A stretch of DNA of 63,943 nucleotides, counting the filler, from Welwitschia mirabilis (Eukaryota): assembly GCA_051453625.1 (NCBI GenBank). It is 5 parts of one record of this genome, joined end to end, with 100 filler letters (N's around TTAATTAATTAA, not from the genome) between each part and the next. Parts side by side here need not be neighbours in the genome. Positions count along the whole stretch, not along the records: positions 33,624 to 55,504 come from JBOZIK010000001.1; positions 55,605 to 62,293 come from JBOZIK010000001.1; positions 62,394 to 63,943 come from JBOZIK010000001.1; 2 more parts are not named here. The stretch is one strand, 5' to 3'. Both the position numbers and the translations under genes were made by a program. A model generated the notes under the pieces. That model did no database searches. It had not been told where the DNA came from and was given only the letters and a program-made list of their open reading frames with translations. The stretch's first letter is position 1, and each line of letters starts with the position of its first letter. This document shows positions 53,301 through 63,943 of the stretch, in pieces.

Positions 53301-55050
53301 TCATGGCCTCCTAAGAATCACTACATGGGTATTTCATTAAGTTTTCATTACTAGTAAATATATCAAATAGATGAAACCTTAGAGTTCTATGGGTATATCC
53401 TTCAGAACTCCTCCTGACATAACTGTTAAACCATATAAGTAAACTTTTTCTTGGTAAGGTATTAATTTTGATTTTTCTAATTCTTTATAAGTTTCATAGG
53501 CCATAACATTAATACTTGTTATAAGATCTACAAGTAATTCTACTTTCAGTTTTCTATCTACTTTCATATCTATTATAGGTGTTTCTGGATTACCATACTT
53601 TTTATGTTGTCTATTTTGAAGAACTTGTGTGAAAGCCTAAGAAACTTGATCCTTTGTTATCATCTTAAGTTGTTTTTCTTTCTTATTTCTTATTTACTTT
53701 TCTATTTTAACCACATCCTCTTCATCTATTTTCAATACATAAGTACATCCTTTAACAATTTTAAAAGAGGTATTGATAATTTTATCTCTTCTAATATCCT
53801 TGTTAAATATTATATATCTTTTTCAACTTTTGTATGTTCTATTTCTTTACTTCTCATGGGAAAAGGTAAATAATCTACTGAGGTATCTTTCACTATTTTT
53901 ATTTTAACTTTTTCCTATTTTTTATCTATGGAGTTGATGGCATTTACATTCTTATTCTGTTATTCATGTGTTTCTTTTTATTTTCTAGATCTAGTAGCTA
54001 CTACTTTATTTTTTGCTTATCTATAATTTGGTTGAAGTTGAGTAGGGATTTTTCTTCCTTTATTTCTATTTCTAATTTTTATTTTTGGTATTTTAGTTCT
54101 CTATTTTTTTAATTTCTATAGTAATCATACTACTGTTTCCTCTTTAAGTTATACATATCTTTATAAGGGTCTCTCCATTTTTCCTTTCCATTTCCTATTT
54201 TGGTAAGGATATGATTTCTTTCTAGTTTGAGGTTGATTGCCAGAATTTAAATCTAATCTATTGATATCTAACCAACTATACAAATTATTGTATCTAAGGG
54301 AATTCTATTTCATCATGATTATCTTCCCCATAGTATTCACATGTAGGTCTTTCTTCTCCCTTGAGATGTTGCACCGCTAACTGATCAAATTTTTCTACCA
54401 TACTATCAGTTACTGTTTTAGCTACTTTATTCATAAGATTGATATGCTTTAAGCTATATAGACTATCATCTAGTTCTGGAGCACACACTTCATTTACTTT
54501 TTTCTTATTTTCATTTTCCTAATCCCATCCTTAACCCATGTTTTAAAATTGAGTGATGGCTTCTCCAACTTATTGAACATTTTTGGTTTTTATGCTTCCT
54601 CTACATAATAAGTCTAATTCCTTTAATGTTTAACTCTATAGTCCTCTAAGTAAGGTTTTGCATTGTTCCGTAGATGTCATTCTATGATTAGTACATTTGA
54701 ATAATAATATGTTATACATATTTATAAATTCATCAAATATTTCATTCTCTATGTGTTTAACATTTAGGATTCATTCTCTTAAATCTTTCACCATTCTCAT
54801 GGATTGAAATTTAGCTAGAAAAGCATTTTTACATGTTTTTTATGAACTAAAAGCATGATTAGGATATGTATGACACCATAGTTAAGCATCTCCTTTTAGG
54901 TAAAAGGAAAAATATCTTAAAAAGTCAAATTCTAAGTCGAGATAATTAGCTTTGAAAAAGGCATTAAATAAACTTAGTTGTAATAATGGTTCTTCTGATT
55001 TTTGACCTTTAAAAATGGGTATCATGGTAGTATTTATATTTCTTACTTTA
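50340..55050 (-). mobile_element. Decayed Ty3/gypsy (Athila-like) gag-pol with gag, protease, RT, RNase H and integrase
   Basis: gag MIPIFKGQKSEEPLLQL (~54975-55025); protease LLVDLITSINVM (ORF 53379-53567); RT LDGYSYYN* (~52565-52592) and VSMDNF (~52388-52405); RNase H ORF 51557-51820 (EKFKYYILGYKVKVHTNHSAIRFL..WILLMQEFNLKI..RKGTKNLVVDYLSKLE); integrase FDV*GIDF (~51137-51161) and STTYYPQFNGQAKVTN (~50850-50897). Confidence 0.93.
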
Positions 55051-55504
55051 TCTAGTCGCTATAGAATTGTATGATTAATAGGACTTAAATCATCTAACTA
55101 GTAGGTATCATGGTTTAATGATCGTGAATCTCCATCATCTTCCCAATAACATTCTATTATTACTTTTTTTTATAGGTTTGCTAATCTAAATGGTTTAAGA
55201 AGACTCTCCCAGTGAGTGAGGTGATGTAAGAAAGCTTTGTAACCATTGTTCAAATTTGGTCATTAATTCAAGAAATATTTGGTCTTTTACCATCTTTCTT
55301 AAGGTCATTTCATCCTCTGTAAAATCATCTTCTTCTACCTTTAATTTAATAATATTTTCAATTCACTTGTCTAGATCATATTTATGTGAATCTTTAATAT
55401 ACCAACCTCTTTCTTCATACATTTTTCCTTGACTATCTTATTGCATGACACTTTTCATCATCTCTACTAATTAACTTTAGAGTATCATTTCTTCTAATGC
55501 TAAA

Positions 55505-55604
55505 NNNNNNNNNNNNNNNNNNNNNNNNNNNNNNNNNNNNNNNNNNNNTTAATTAATTAANNNNNNNNNNNNNNNNNNNNNNNNNNNNNNNNNNNNNNNN
55601 NNNN
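55505..55604. other. Artificial scaffold-joining spacer
   Basis: 44 N + TTAATTAATTAA (55549-55560) + 44 N. Confidence 0.95.
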
Positions 55605-55909
55605 CTATTAGCACAATACATTAGCTTTGTAAGAATATGAATTTCTAAGTGCAGTACGAAAGACTTGAATGATGCAAGTTTAGCACAGAATAATTTCACA
55701 ATAGTACATATTCCTATTGAAGGTCAAAGTGGCATCTCATATCAAGAGATATTACATATTTGTAGAGATACGTAGAATAACTAGTTGTTAAGGTCTTCAT
55801 AAGATGTGCTAGAGATGTTGGTAGATGAGCCAGAATAGAAAAGGACCATTGATACATTGAAATCTACAAACTGACATTTTTAACGACTAAATTTCCGTGC
55901 CAGCGGGCA

Positions 55910-56190
55910 CAAGGTCGAACATCCCATCAAGAAGTCTCAGACATCCCAGTTTTAATTTCTTCATTTCTAAAAAACTGAATACAAGGCTAGACATCCCGGT
56001 TTCATAGGGCGGACATCCCAATACAAGTCACCGAATGCAGGTCCAGATGTCCCAAATTCATAGGGCGGATGTCCCAATACAATTCACCAAGTACAGAGCC
56101 GGACATCCTAGCTTCACAAGAGGAGGTCCCAGTAGAGAGAATCGAGCATAGGGTCAGACGTCCAGCTTAAATAGTGTGTACGTCCCAATC
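55910..56190. repeat. ~56-bp degenerate tandem repeat built on a GGACGTCC palindrome
   Basis: Units begin near 55985, 56041, 56098 and 56152. Each has two cores reading gacatccc, gatgtccc or gacgtcc. Confidence 0.8.
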
Positions 56191-56568
56191 TGATGAAGAC
56201 TTAGTTTAGGTTGATTATTTCTTGAAGTCGGTCTTAACTCATCATTAAAAACACGTTCTTCAACAAGATATCTACTTGAATGGTTTGGTTTTAACTAGAA
56301 GAAATGGAAAGTATTGTGTCATATGCTTGGCCAAAGATGTAGATTTTCATTCTTGGACAAAACATATTGATGTTGGGTATCATTTCATTATTAAAGCTAC
56401 TAAAAAGGAATGTTGCAAGTCACAAAAGTTCACACAAAGGAGAATGTAATGGATGCTTTAACTAAGATAACAATGGTACAAAAGAACTCCTATAACAAAA
56501 AGATCAAATTAGCCATTACTTGATTATCTAGGCATAGAAATCAGTGCACCACTTAAGTTGTCAGAGAT

Positions 56569-57001
56569 CAAACTTACTCCTTAACGTTGATGACTTTGTC
56601 TTAAAGTCAGAGAATGAGAATGTCGTATTGTGAAGCAANNNNNNNNNNNNNNNNNNNNNNNNNNNNNNNNNNNNNNNNNNNNNNNNNNNNNNNNNNNNNN
56701 NNNNNNNNNNNNNNNNNNNNNNNNNNNNNNNNNNNNNNCTCGGGGAAAGCGTGGTTCCTAGTGGTACCCTATCAACAGTATGCTGAGCGTACTGACAGGA
56801 ACCCGCCTCGAATGCCTCCGCGTGCACGTATCGGTCAGGGGCAGCGCGTGTAACCCTTTCTCCCCGGGCTTGATGCGAGCCGCCGACAAACACACCCGGG
56901 TATGACTGGTTTCAATCGCAAACCCGTTGCCCAAACTTACTCCTTAACGTTGATGACTTTGTCTTCAAGTCAGAGAATGAGAATGTCGTATTGTGAAGCA
57001 A
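56569..57001. repeat. 70-bp direct duplication flanking an N gap and a GC-rich insert
   Basis: caaacttactcc...gtgaagcaa at 56569-56638 and 56932-57001, with 1 mismatch. Confidence 0.92.
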
Positions 57002-57037
57002 CAATCTGTTTTAATTCCCTTGTTCATTACATTCTTA

Positions 57038-57397
57038 TGTTGAACCAACTAATTGTAAAAAGGTGTCTTTAATTATAAAATCACCTTAGGGTGGTTAATA
57101 AAGTAAGTTAAAGGAAAAAGAGAATGTGATGGTCAGGAGGAAGTTAAGGTTAGTTTACTTCTTTTATCCCACTCCTCTTCTATATATATCTCAAGTCATT
57201 GAGGGTGTAGGTGTGGTATGCTTCACAACTATTTGTATTCTATAAAGCTTTTATCTATTGATAATAGCTCTGCTCTACTTTCTTGAGGACATGGTCTAGA
57301 GGTGGAGAGACCTTGTTAAATCATTTATGTGCCTCTCGTGTTTTGTTTGTGTTCACATTTGTTTATGTTGCTTTATGCTACAATTGTTTTAATAACA
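57038..57397 (+). mobile_element. Probable copia-type solo LTR, ~360 bp
   Basis: TGTTG...TAACA termini, internal ctatatatat TATA-like box (~57180), and a gaggacatgg...gaccttgttaaatc motif resembling copia LTR U5. No clean TSD. Confidence 0.5.
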
Positions 57398-58135
57398 CCT
57401 AGTGCCTTAAGGAAAGTGTGAACCTGCTTCACACTGGTTGATAAGCAAGTTCCTTAATGATCCTCACTTTGGAAGAATCCCTTTCAGTTCCATGCTTGAA
57501 TACTACATGTCCTACCACCACTCGCACTTCTTATCATAATGAAAGTTTTCTCCCAGCTTACTTTCAAACTTTCCACTATGTAGTGATTAAGGACTTCTCC
57601 TAAGCAACTCAATAGTCAATTCAAACTATCTCCACATAGAGGAGAATTGTTTGTAAAAACTTCAAAAGATTCTTAAATCATATTCGTGAAAATCACTAAT
57701 GACATTCATTGAAAGTTGCTTGAGCTTTATGCAAATGAAGAGCTCTTCTTCTATAAGCCAAAGGTTCCAAAGGGGCAAGTGAATGTTGTTTTAACTTAAT
57801 TCTCAATAGCAATAGATGTTTGATTCTCATCACCATAGCCATCAAGTAAAATACTCATTCCCTTGTAAACCATTTAGAATCAAACCTAGATAAGGTAAAA
57901 AGCATTGGTCTTTTCTTGGTATATACATTTGAATTTCTAAAATCTACAAATATTCTCCATTTTTCTCCTTCTTAGGTACTATTGTAAGAGAACTCAACCA
58001 CTCACAATCCACAAACACCTTGATAATTTCTTTTCATACTACGTGGCTAAGAGCAAGGTTAAGTCACTTTGAGATCATTTGACTAGTTTGTCATCATCTT
58101 CCAAGAAGGTTTTGTGTTAAACAATGTTAGGTGGT

Positions 58136-58422
58136 ATGTGTTGGGTGTGCGCTCCCCATGCCCAGTCGACATGTGGGTAAATATGAAAGGCTCTAGTTTA
58201 CACCTAAGCTGTGGCTTTTGTGTGATGGTAATAGGCCTAAGAATGGGTATCAGTTTGGCTTGGATTCAAGTTCAAACCTCCTTAATGCCTTCCCAATCCA
58301 TGTGAGCACTCAACATGTTGGGTCTGCGCTTTTCATGTCCAACCTGATGAGTGGGTAAATATGAAGGGTTCTAGTTTCCACGTAACTCATGTCTTTTGGT
58401 GTGATGCTAGTGGACCCAAAAC
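58136..58422. repeat. Diverged direct repeat, ~108-bp unit with ~178-bp spacing
   Basis: tgttgggt(g/c)tgcgct...gtgggtaaatatgaa(a/g)gg(c/t)tctagttt...cttttg occurs at ~58139 and ~58316. Confidence 0.8.
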
Positions 58423-59717
58423 TATGCTTGCCTCTATTTAAGACTAATATTATTAGGAATATAGAAAAGCATAGGACCATCTAACTATTTTAATCTAACG
58501 TCAGTTAATATATTGTTAGAACAACTTTTGTTCTATGTCTAAAACCTAAGGGTAAAACTTATGGAGCTTGACCTTCTAAAATCTAAACTTAATTTGATCG
58601 AAAGGATTTTTAAATTAAAGTCATCTTGTACAACACAAGATTAAGCAGTTGGCTATAAAATTGAAGGCTACTAGAAGCATTTTCACATTGTGACTTGTGA
58701 AGATTATTCAAGTCTTTGGTGATGATTTTGAATATTGGACCTAGGGCTCTAAAGCTTTCTCTAGAGAATTTGAAAAATATTGAAGATAGATACTATGCCA
58801 ATTTTATTTTTCATATGTTTTTGAAGAAAAATTGTCAAGGAGATTTATTTACTTCATTTTTTTTGACTTTCCAAAGGCAAATTTTCAGTTGACTATGAAA
58901 AATCTTAGAAATCTTAAAACTCTAGGAAAAGAAAACTCCATTTTTTTCAATAATGGTTAAAAGGGATGGCAAATATGCACACAAGCCTAAGGACATCCCA
59001 AGCAATTTTGATCAAGACATGAAATTCACCAAATCTTGCAATGGCACTCCTGAAGGCAATCACTATTCCTTAGTCCAAAATCACTTTCGAATGTCTATCT
59101 TGTAGATAGTGATATACGTTTTACGTTTACAACTAAAATGGGGAAGTTAAATGATGATCAAAAACATCATGTCGCCAAGATTCCCCTGTGAAATAGAAGA
59201 GTTAGAACAATATTAAGCATGAACCTTGGCATTGGGAGCCAAAAGCAAAACAATGCTACTTGCACTTGGTCCTTATGTTTGCATGTCATGTATCATGAGT
59301 TCATTCTAAGGGTATGACTTCAGTGAAAAGAGCAACTATGGATTAAAAGGTATTGTGACACGTCAATTGACAAGTGTAAATGGAACTCAAGGTTGAGCAG
59401 CATAAATATAAGCAAACTATCCACTTTGCTCCTAACAGAATACGTATTTGATTGTATCTTTTTGGTGTTTGCTTCTAGATGAGGAGCTAGAGCAAATCTT
59501 GGATTATGCTTTGAAGTCCATGTTTTGTAAATTACAAGGTGAAGGTTTAAAGGTTGTAACAAAGGATGTGGAATTCACCAATCATTCACAAAAATGGCAT
59601 TATTGATTCAATGTGGAAGAACACCAAGTTCAGATAGCAGTTGTTGATTGTACATGAGTTGTTCCACATAACCTGAGAACAACAAGAGAATATGAAGGAA
59701 AACCTTCTAACTTGCGA

Positions 59718-59891
59718 TCACTTAGATTCAAAAGGTGGTGATTGCAGGAAGTTGGATACTAGTGCTACAATCAGACAAGAAAATTCTCCCACCACAAATC
59801 CTGATGCAATTGCTATCCAAGCTATATTCCTGTTGTTGCTACTTTTTCCGACAAACATCATGAGGGTGCAGGCTCCATTCTTTTGGCTAAT
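59718..59891 (-). CDS. Possible terminal, transmembrane-encoding exon of the PIG-X-like gene
   Basis: Phase-0 tacAG acceptor, then stop-free ISQKNGACTLMMFVGKSSNNRNIAWIAIASGFVVGEFSCLIVALVSNFLQSPPFESK*. The hydrophobic C-terminal segment fits a type I membrane protein, but motif similarity and the polypyrimidine tract are weak. Confidence 0.3.
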   Translation of the reverse strand: MSQKNGACTLMMFVGKSSNNRNIAWIAIASGFVVGEFSCLIVALVSNFLQSPPFESK

Positions 59892-60563
59892 CTGTAAACT
59901 CCCTTTTGTGTCAACTTTTTGATAATCCATGCTTGCCCTCCCTTTCTACTTATTTTGGGTATGTGATTCATGCAAGCCTACTACTATCCAGCAAACGATG
60001 AATGATCTGGAAGCATTTATTTCATTCATACTAACACCACACTGATAAGAGAGTAAACCTATAAAAGCTTCAAGAAGCCCCTTATTTATGGGGTTTGCCT
60101 TGAGTATCAGTAAGGAGACATTATAAAACCTTAATGTGTAAACCCTAAAAAGATGATCCACAAAGCCCTAATCATGATGTGCTTAAACAAGGGGAACTAT
60201 AAAACCCTTAGTCCTTTGTTCTTCAGTATAATAAGCCCATAGCTATCTTCAAAAGTTTAACAAGCCTGTAGTTCGAAGGAGGATCCTTCTTATTGTTCAT
60301 TATCCATTTCACATGTTCACACTGGAATATCACAGAATGTAAAGCTTACCAAGGAAATGAAAATTCAGCAACTAGTGGTCTATTTATAAAAAAAAAAGAT
60401 AGAATTCAAAATAGCTGGGAATTACCATGTGAAATAAATTTATCACTAGACTAAGCCAAAGTGACAAAAAGCTAAATCAAAATAGTCGAATGTGGAATAA
60501 ACATTTTCGTGTGATTTATTAATGACAAATAGACTTCTCAACAGTGTAGCATGTACTCCATAC

Positions 60564-60730
60564 CGGATAACGTGCATGCAAAGGTAACTCAACCGTCATT
60601 TGCAACAAAGTCCTACTTGATACAAATTCAGGATCTTTAACTGTCAGTTCAATTTCTACAATGGACTGATGTGAACGTGGGGAGGGCAATTCAATGTTTG
60701 TATCACCATGTACATAGGCTGCATCATAAT
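60564..60730 (-). CDS. PIGX: Internal exon of a PIG-X/PBN1-like GPI mannosyltransferase I subunit gene
   Basis: tttcAG acceptor and GTATGG donor. Encodes YDAAYVHGDTNIELPSPRSHQSIVEIELTVKDPEFVSSRTLLQMTVELPLHARYP, matching the plant PIG-X motifs GDTNLELPSF.S..SVVEIH and LPLHARY. No stop codons. Confidence 0.88.
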
Positions 60731-62293
60731 CTGAAATCCAGAAGAATAAAAAGAGCAAGTTATGTATCTTGTCAAGCACAACCTTACCAATACATACTTT
60801 AGTATGAGAAAAATGTTCAAACATTACTAGAGTTCTTTATGATCTAGAAAACAAAAGGCACTTGTACAAACACTAGCAACATGTCAAATCCTTGAAGTGT
60901 AGTTCTCAGAGTTGTTTTCCTTGCTTAGTGATGACTGTTGAAACAAGTGTATGATTGAACTCAAAAATTCTAGACTCCACAAACGGAATATCTAAAACAA
61001 ACACAAGAAACACAAGCTCAAAATCACAGGCAATGAGTACTTGGAAAACTTAAAAAAAATATAGGATTTGAATGCTACAAGATAGCTACCACATACAGTG
61101 CAGAAGAAGGTAAGAGGGTCTGGAAGGCTTGTCTTACAAAAATATATGAGTGCGTAAGAAGAAACCAAATGGCACAAGAATGATTGAGATTGAATTAACA
61201 CTTTCTAGTTAAAAGAACACACTAATGTAGAATACTGAACAAGACTTATGATGAATGAATGCAAAATAAGCTAAACCAAATGAGGCAAGTATATGATAGT
61301 TGTTCAGTGAGGGTACAGAATAAACCTGATGAGAATTAAAAATTCAATTAACATGTTACATGCATATGCATAAAACAAGCAACTTATATTAGACATCAGA
61401 GACACATAAAGGGATGATAGAGGGTGTGAATGTGGATGAATCAAAAATTCCTTCTCCATATTGATACCAGATCAAAGATCTATAATCACTAACAGTTAAA
61501 CCTATCAAACATGGTTCCACAACTTGCTGCTAGACAACCTAACAGTCAATGTGGAAAGCAGGCAAGACAAAATCGACATTTTCATTTATTAACATCCAAT
61601 TAAATTGCTATGAAGGATAAGCACTCACATATCTAACAGGGACATCTCAAGTCTAAGCACAAAAGGAATAAAATGTTTTGGTTTTATATCTCATGATTCA
61701 AATCAGAGCAAATAGTATGCCTATTGTTTCTGGTGTAATATAGTTGAGCACCAAACAACTGCTTCTCAAGTAGTCTTAAACAATAGAGATCAAAATTATG
61801 GCAGCTTTAATAAGCAGATTTATTTTCAAATTGAGCTCAAATATTGAATAAAACAGATACAAATAGAAGACAGATAAAGAACTCTTGCTATTTAATTCAA
61901 TCAAAGAAAATAAAATGGAAAGGAAAAACAATAATGCCTATTAATGTTGATACAAATAGAATGTTAATTGCTTAGCTTTAGACGATATTTCATGATCCAC
62001 TGCACAATGTACATGGAGCTCTGATCAACCAGTAGGCTGCAAATGCAACTACCAATTAATGTGATAGCAAAGAAATGCATAAGCAATCCTTCATCGCAAC
62101 AAGATAGCAGTCATCTGAGGCCAAATTGTGACCAACGGACAGGGTTGAACTGGTCAGAACAGGTTAGCAACTAGTTCTCAAAATATCAAAAACTAGTGGC
62201 TGCAAATTGACAAATGGTATGTGTTGACTATTCCGATTGTGTTTAATTGTAGTATGTAATTGCTACTAGCCCCATAATTTGCTATTTTATGTT

Positions 62294-62393
62294 NNNNNNN
62301 NNNNNNNNNNNNNNNNNNNNNNNNNNNNNNNNNNNNNTTAATTAATTAANNNNNNNNNNNNNNNNNNNNNNNNNNNNNNNNNNNNNNNNNNNN
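62294..62393. other. Artificial scaffold-joining spacer
   Basis: 44 N + TTAATTAATTAA (62338-62349) + 44 N. Confidence 0.95.
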
Positions 62394-62779
62394 ATAAATT
62401 AGTTTCTATCGTCTCTTATGACGTCCGGATAACCAAAAGGATGACAGTTTTATTTTTTGTGTTTTTCTCTTTTGGTTTTTAATTTTCTATTTCTCTTTCT
62501 ATTTTCTCGTTTTTTATGTGTATCGTTCCTTCTGTTGTTCCCATTATAAATAAGATTACAGTGTTGTTTTTAATTTGTTTTCTATTGTCTTTTTTATTTA
62601 CAAGTATTATGCGGTTAGTCTAGAGAAAGACTTATCAGAGAAAAAAGGGCTGCTGATAGAAGGAAGTATTTTAAAAAAGGATAAGAACATAATCTCTAGG
62701 TGCACACATTATTTTTCCAAGATCATACCTTTATCATAAACTATAAATTCTCTTCCTCCCATTCTTCTAAAAAAAAATG

Positions 62780-63943
62780 AATACTGATAAATGTAAAAAC
62801 AAACTTGAGAAGGAAAGTAAAAAAACAGTTGAGGAACTTATAGCTGAATTAAAAAGAAAAAAAAGAAACTAAAAATAAAAAGAAGAAAACAATTAAAGAG
62901 CTCTTACCAAAAAAGGGAATACCAACACAAAGAGATTTTGAAATTATGGATAAGGTCTATTCCTCTTTCAACCACCTTATCATTCCCCCTCTTCTTTTCA
63001 AAATCCATATGGAACTAATGAAGAAAATATTAGGGATTCAATCTCATCCAAGCATTTTTATCCATCCTATACATCCCACATGAACTTCTATGAAGTAGAG
63101 AATGCAATAGAAAAGAATAAAATAGGAAAGCTCCATAAAGAAATCAATAAAATCATAGAAAATTTGGTTGCTTTTATTCAAATACAAAATCCTCAAAATT
63201 ACCCTACTACATCTTACCTTGAGGAAAATAAGCAAAAGGGAGATAATGACAACTTGAATACATCTTTTAACAATGAAGATAAGGATGGATATTTAGATGA
63301 TGATGATGAGGTGATTTTATTAAATGAAGAAAGTATTATTAAGTATCTCTATGGTGATGATAATGTTTCCTCTTTTTATGAAAACAACAACATGTAACAA
63401 GGTAATGAGAATAGTAAAGAAGAAGAGGAAGAAGATGTCATTGAAATTTTAGATCATATTCCAAACTTCCATATGTTTTGTAAGNNNNNNNNNNNNNNNN
63501 NNNNNNNNNNNNNNNNNNNNNNNAAATTACTAGAGATTGACAAGGAGATAATGAAAGATGATCAACTCAACTTAGATGAGAATTATAGTTTTGAATTAAT
63601 GGAGTTATTCAAAGAGGGAGAGGAATCAAGCAAAGAAACATTAGAATATCTTTTATTAAGTAATGAGAACTTTCCTTTCTACAATCTTTCTAGTGATCTT
63701 TTTGAGGAATCTATCATATTAGCAAAGAACAATATTCCTCAACAAAACGAAAAAGAAGAAAATAAAATAATCAATCATAAATAAGAAGGAGATATAATCA
63801 AAGAAGAAACTATTCAAAATCATATTCTTATCTTTGAAAATAATGAACCATATCATCTTGAGAACTTGAGTTCAAAGATCTTCCAACCACTTTCTTTAAT
63901 AATGTTGTGGTGCGAATTTATGCAATCTTGAAGTCCTTATGTA
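62780..63943 (+). mobile_element. Broken acidic ORF, probably retroelement-derived (gag-like or ORF1-like)
   Basis: Co-oriented, purine-rich E/D/N/K-rich ORF pieces (63080-63397 and 63473-63784) follow a T-rich leader. No diagnostic motif. Confidence 0.3.

Noticed and set aside
53005-53873. Hydrophobic + strand ORFs as membrane proteins
   Set aside because: They are antisense shadows of the A-rich gypsy gag-pol on the minus strand.
55910-56190. CRISPR-like repeat-spacer array
   Set aside because: The intervening sequences are homologous to one another, the repeats are degenerate, there are no cas genes, and the context is eukaryotic.

Overview
This is eukaryotic (land-plant) nuclear DNA: very AT-rich, CpG-depleted and dominated by old, decayed transposons. 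Four identical 100-nt spacers (N44-TTAATTAATTAA-N44) split the window into five pieces that may not be adjacent in the genome: 1-18257, 18358-33523, 33624-55504, 55605-62293 and 62394-63943. Recognisable elements are a near-complete Ty1/copia (~10960-15600, -), an internally deleted relative of it (~24810-25860, -), a near-complete Athila-like Ty3/gypsy gag-pol (~50340-55050, -), CRM-type and Tekay-type gypsy fragments, two env-like remnants (SIRE-like and Athila-like), and a ~185-bp tandem array with higher-order duplication (~26540-30130). A ~9.9-kb non-autonomous CACTA element (39162-49051) carries intron-containing exons of an OPT3-like oligopeptide transporter gene. One intact exon of a host PIG-X-like gene lies at 60564-60730 (-). 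I cannot support a wholly new biological system; the best candidate for novelty is the gene-capturing Pack-CACTA. All protein assignments come from manual translation compared with remembered family motifs, no searches were run, and boundaries of decayed elements are approximate.
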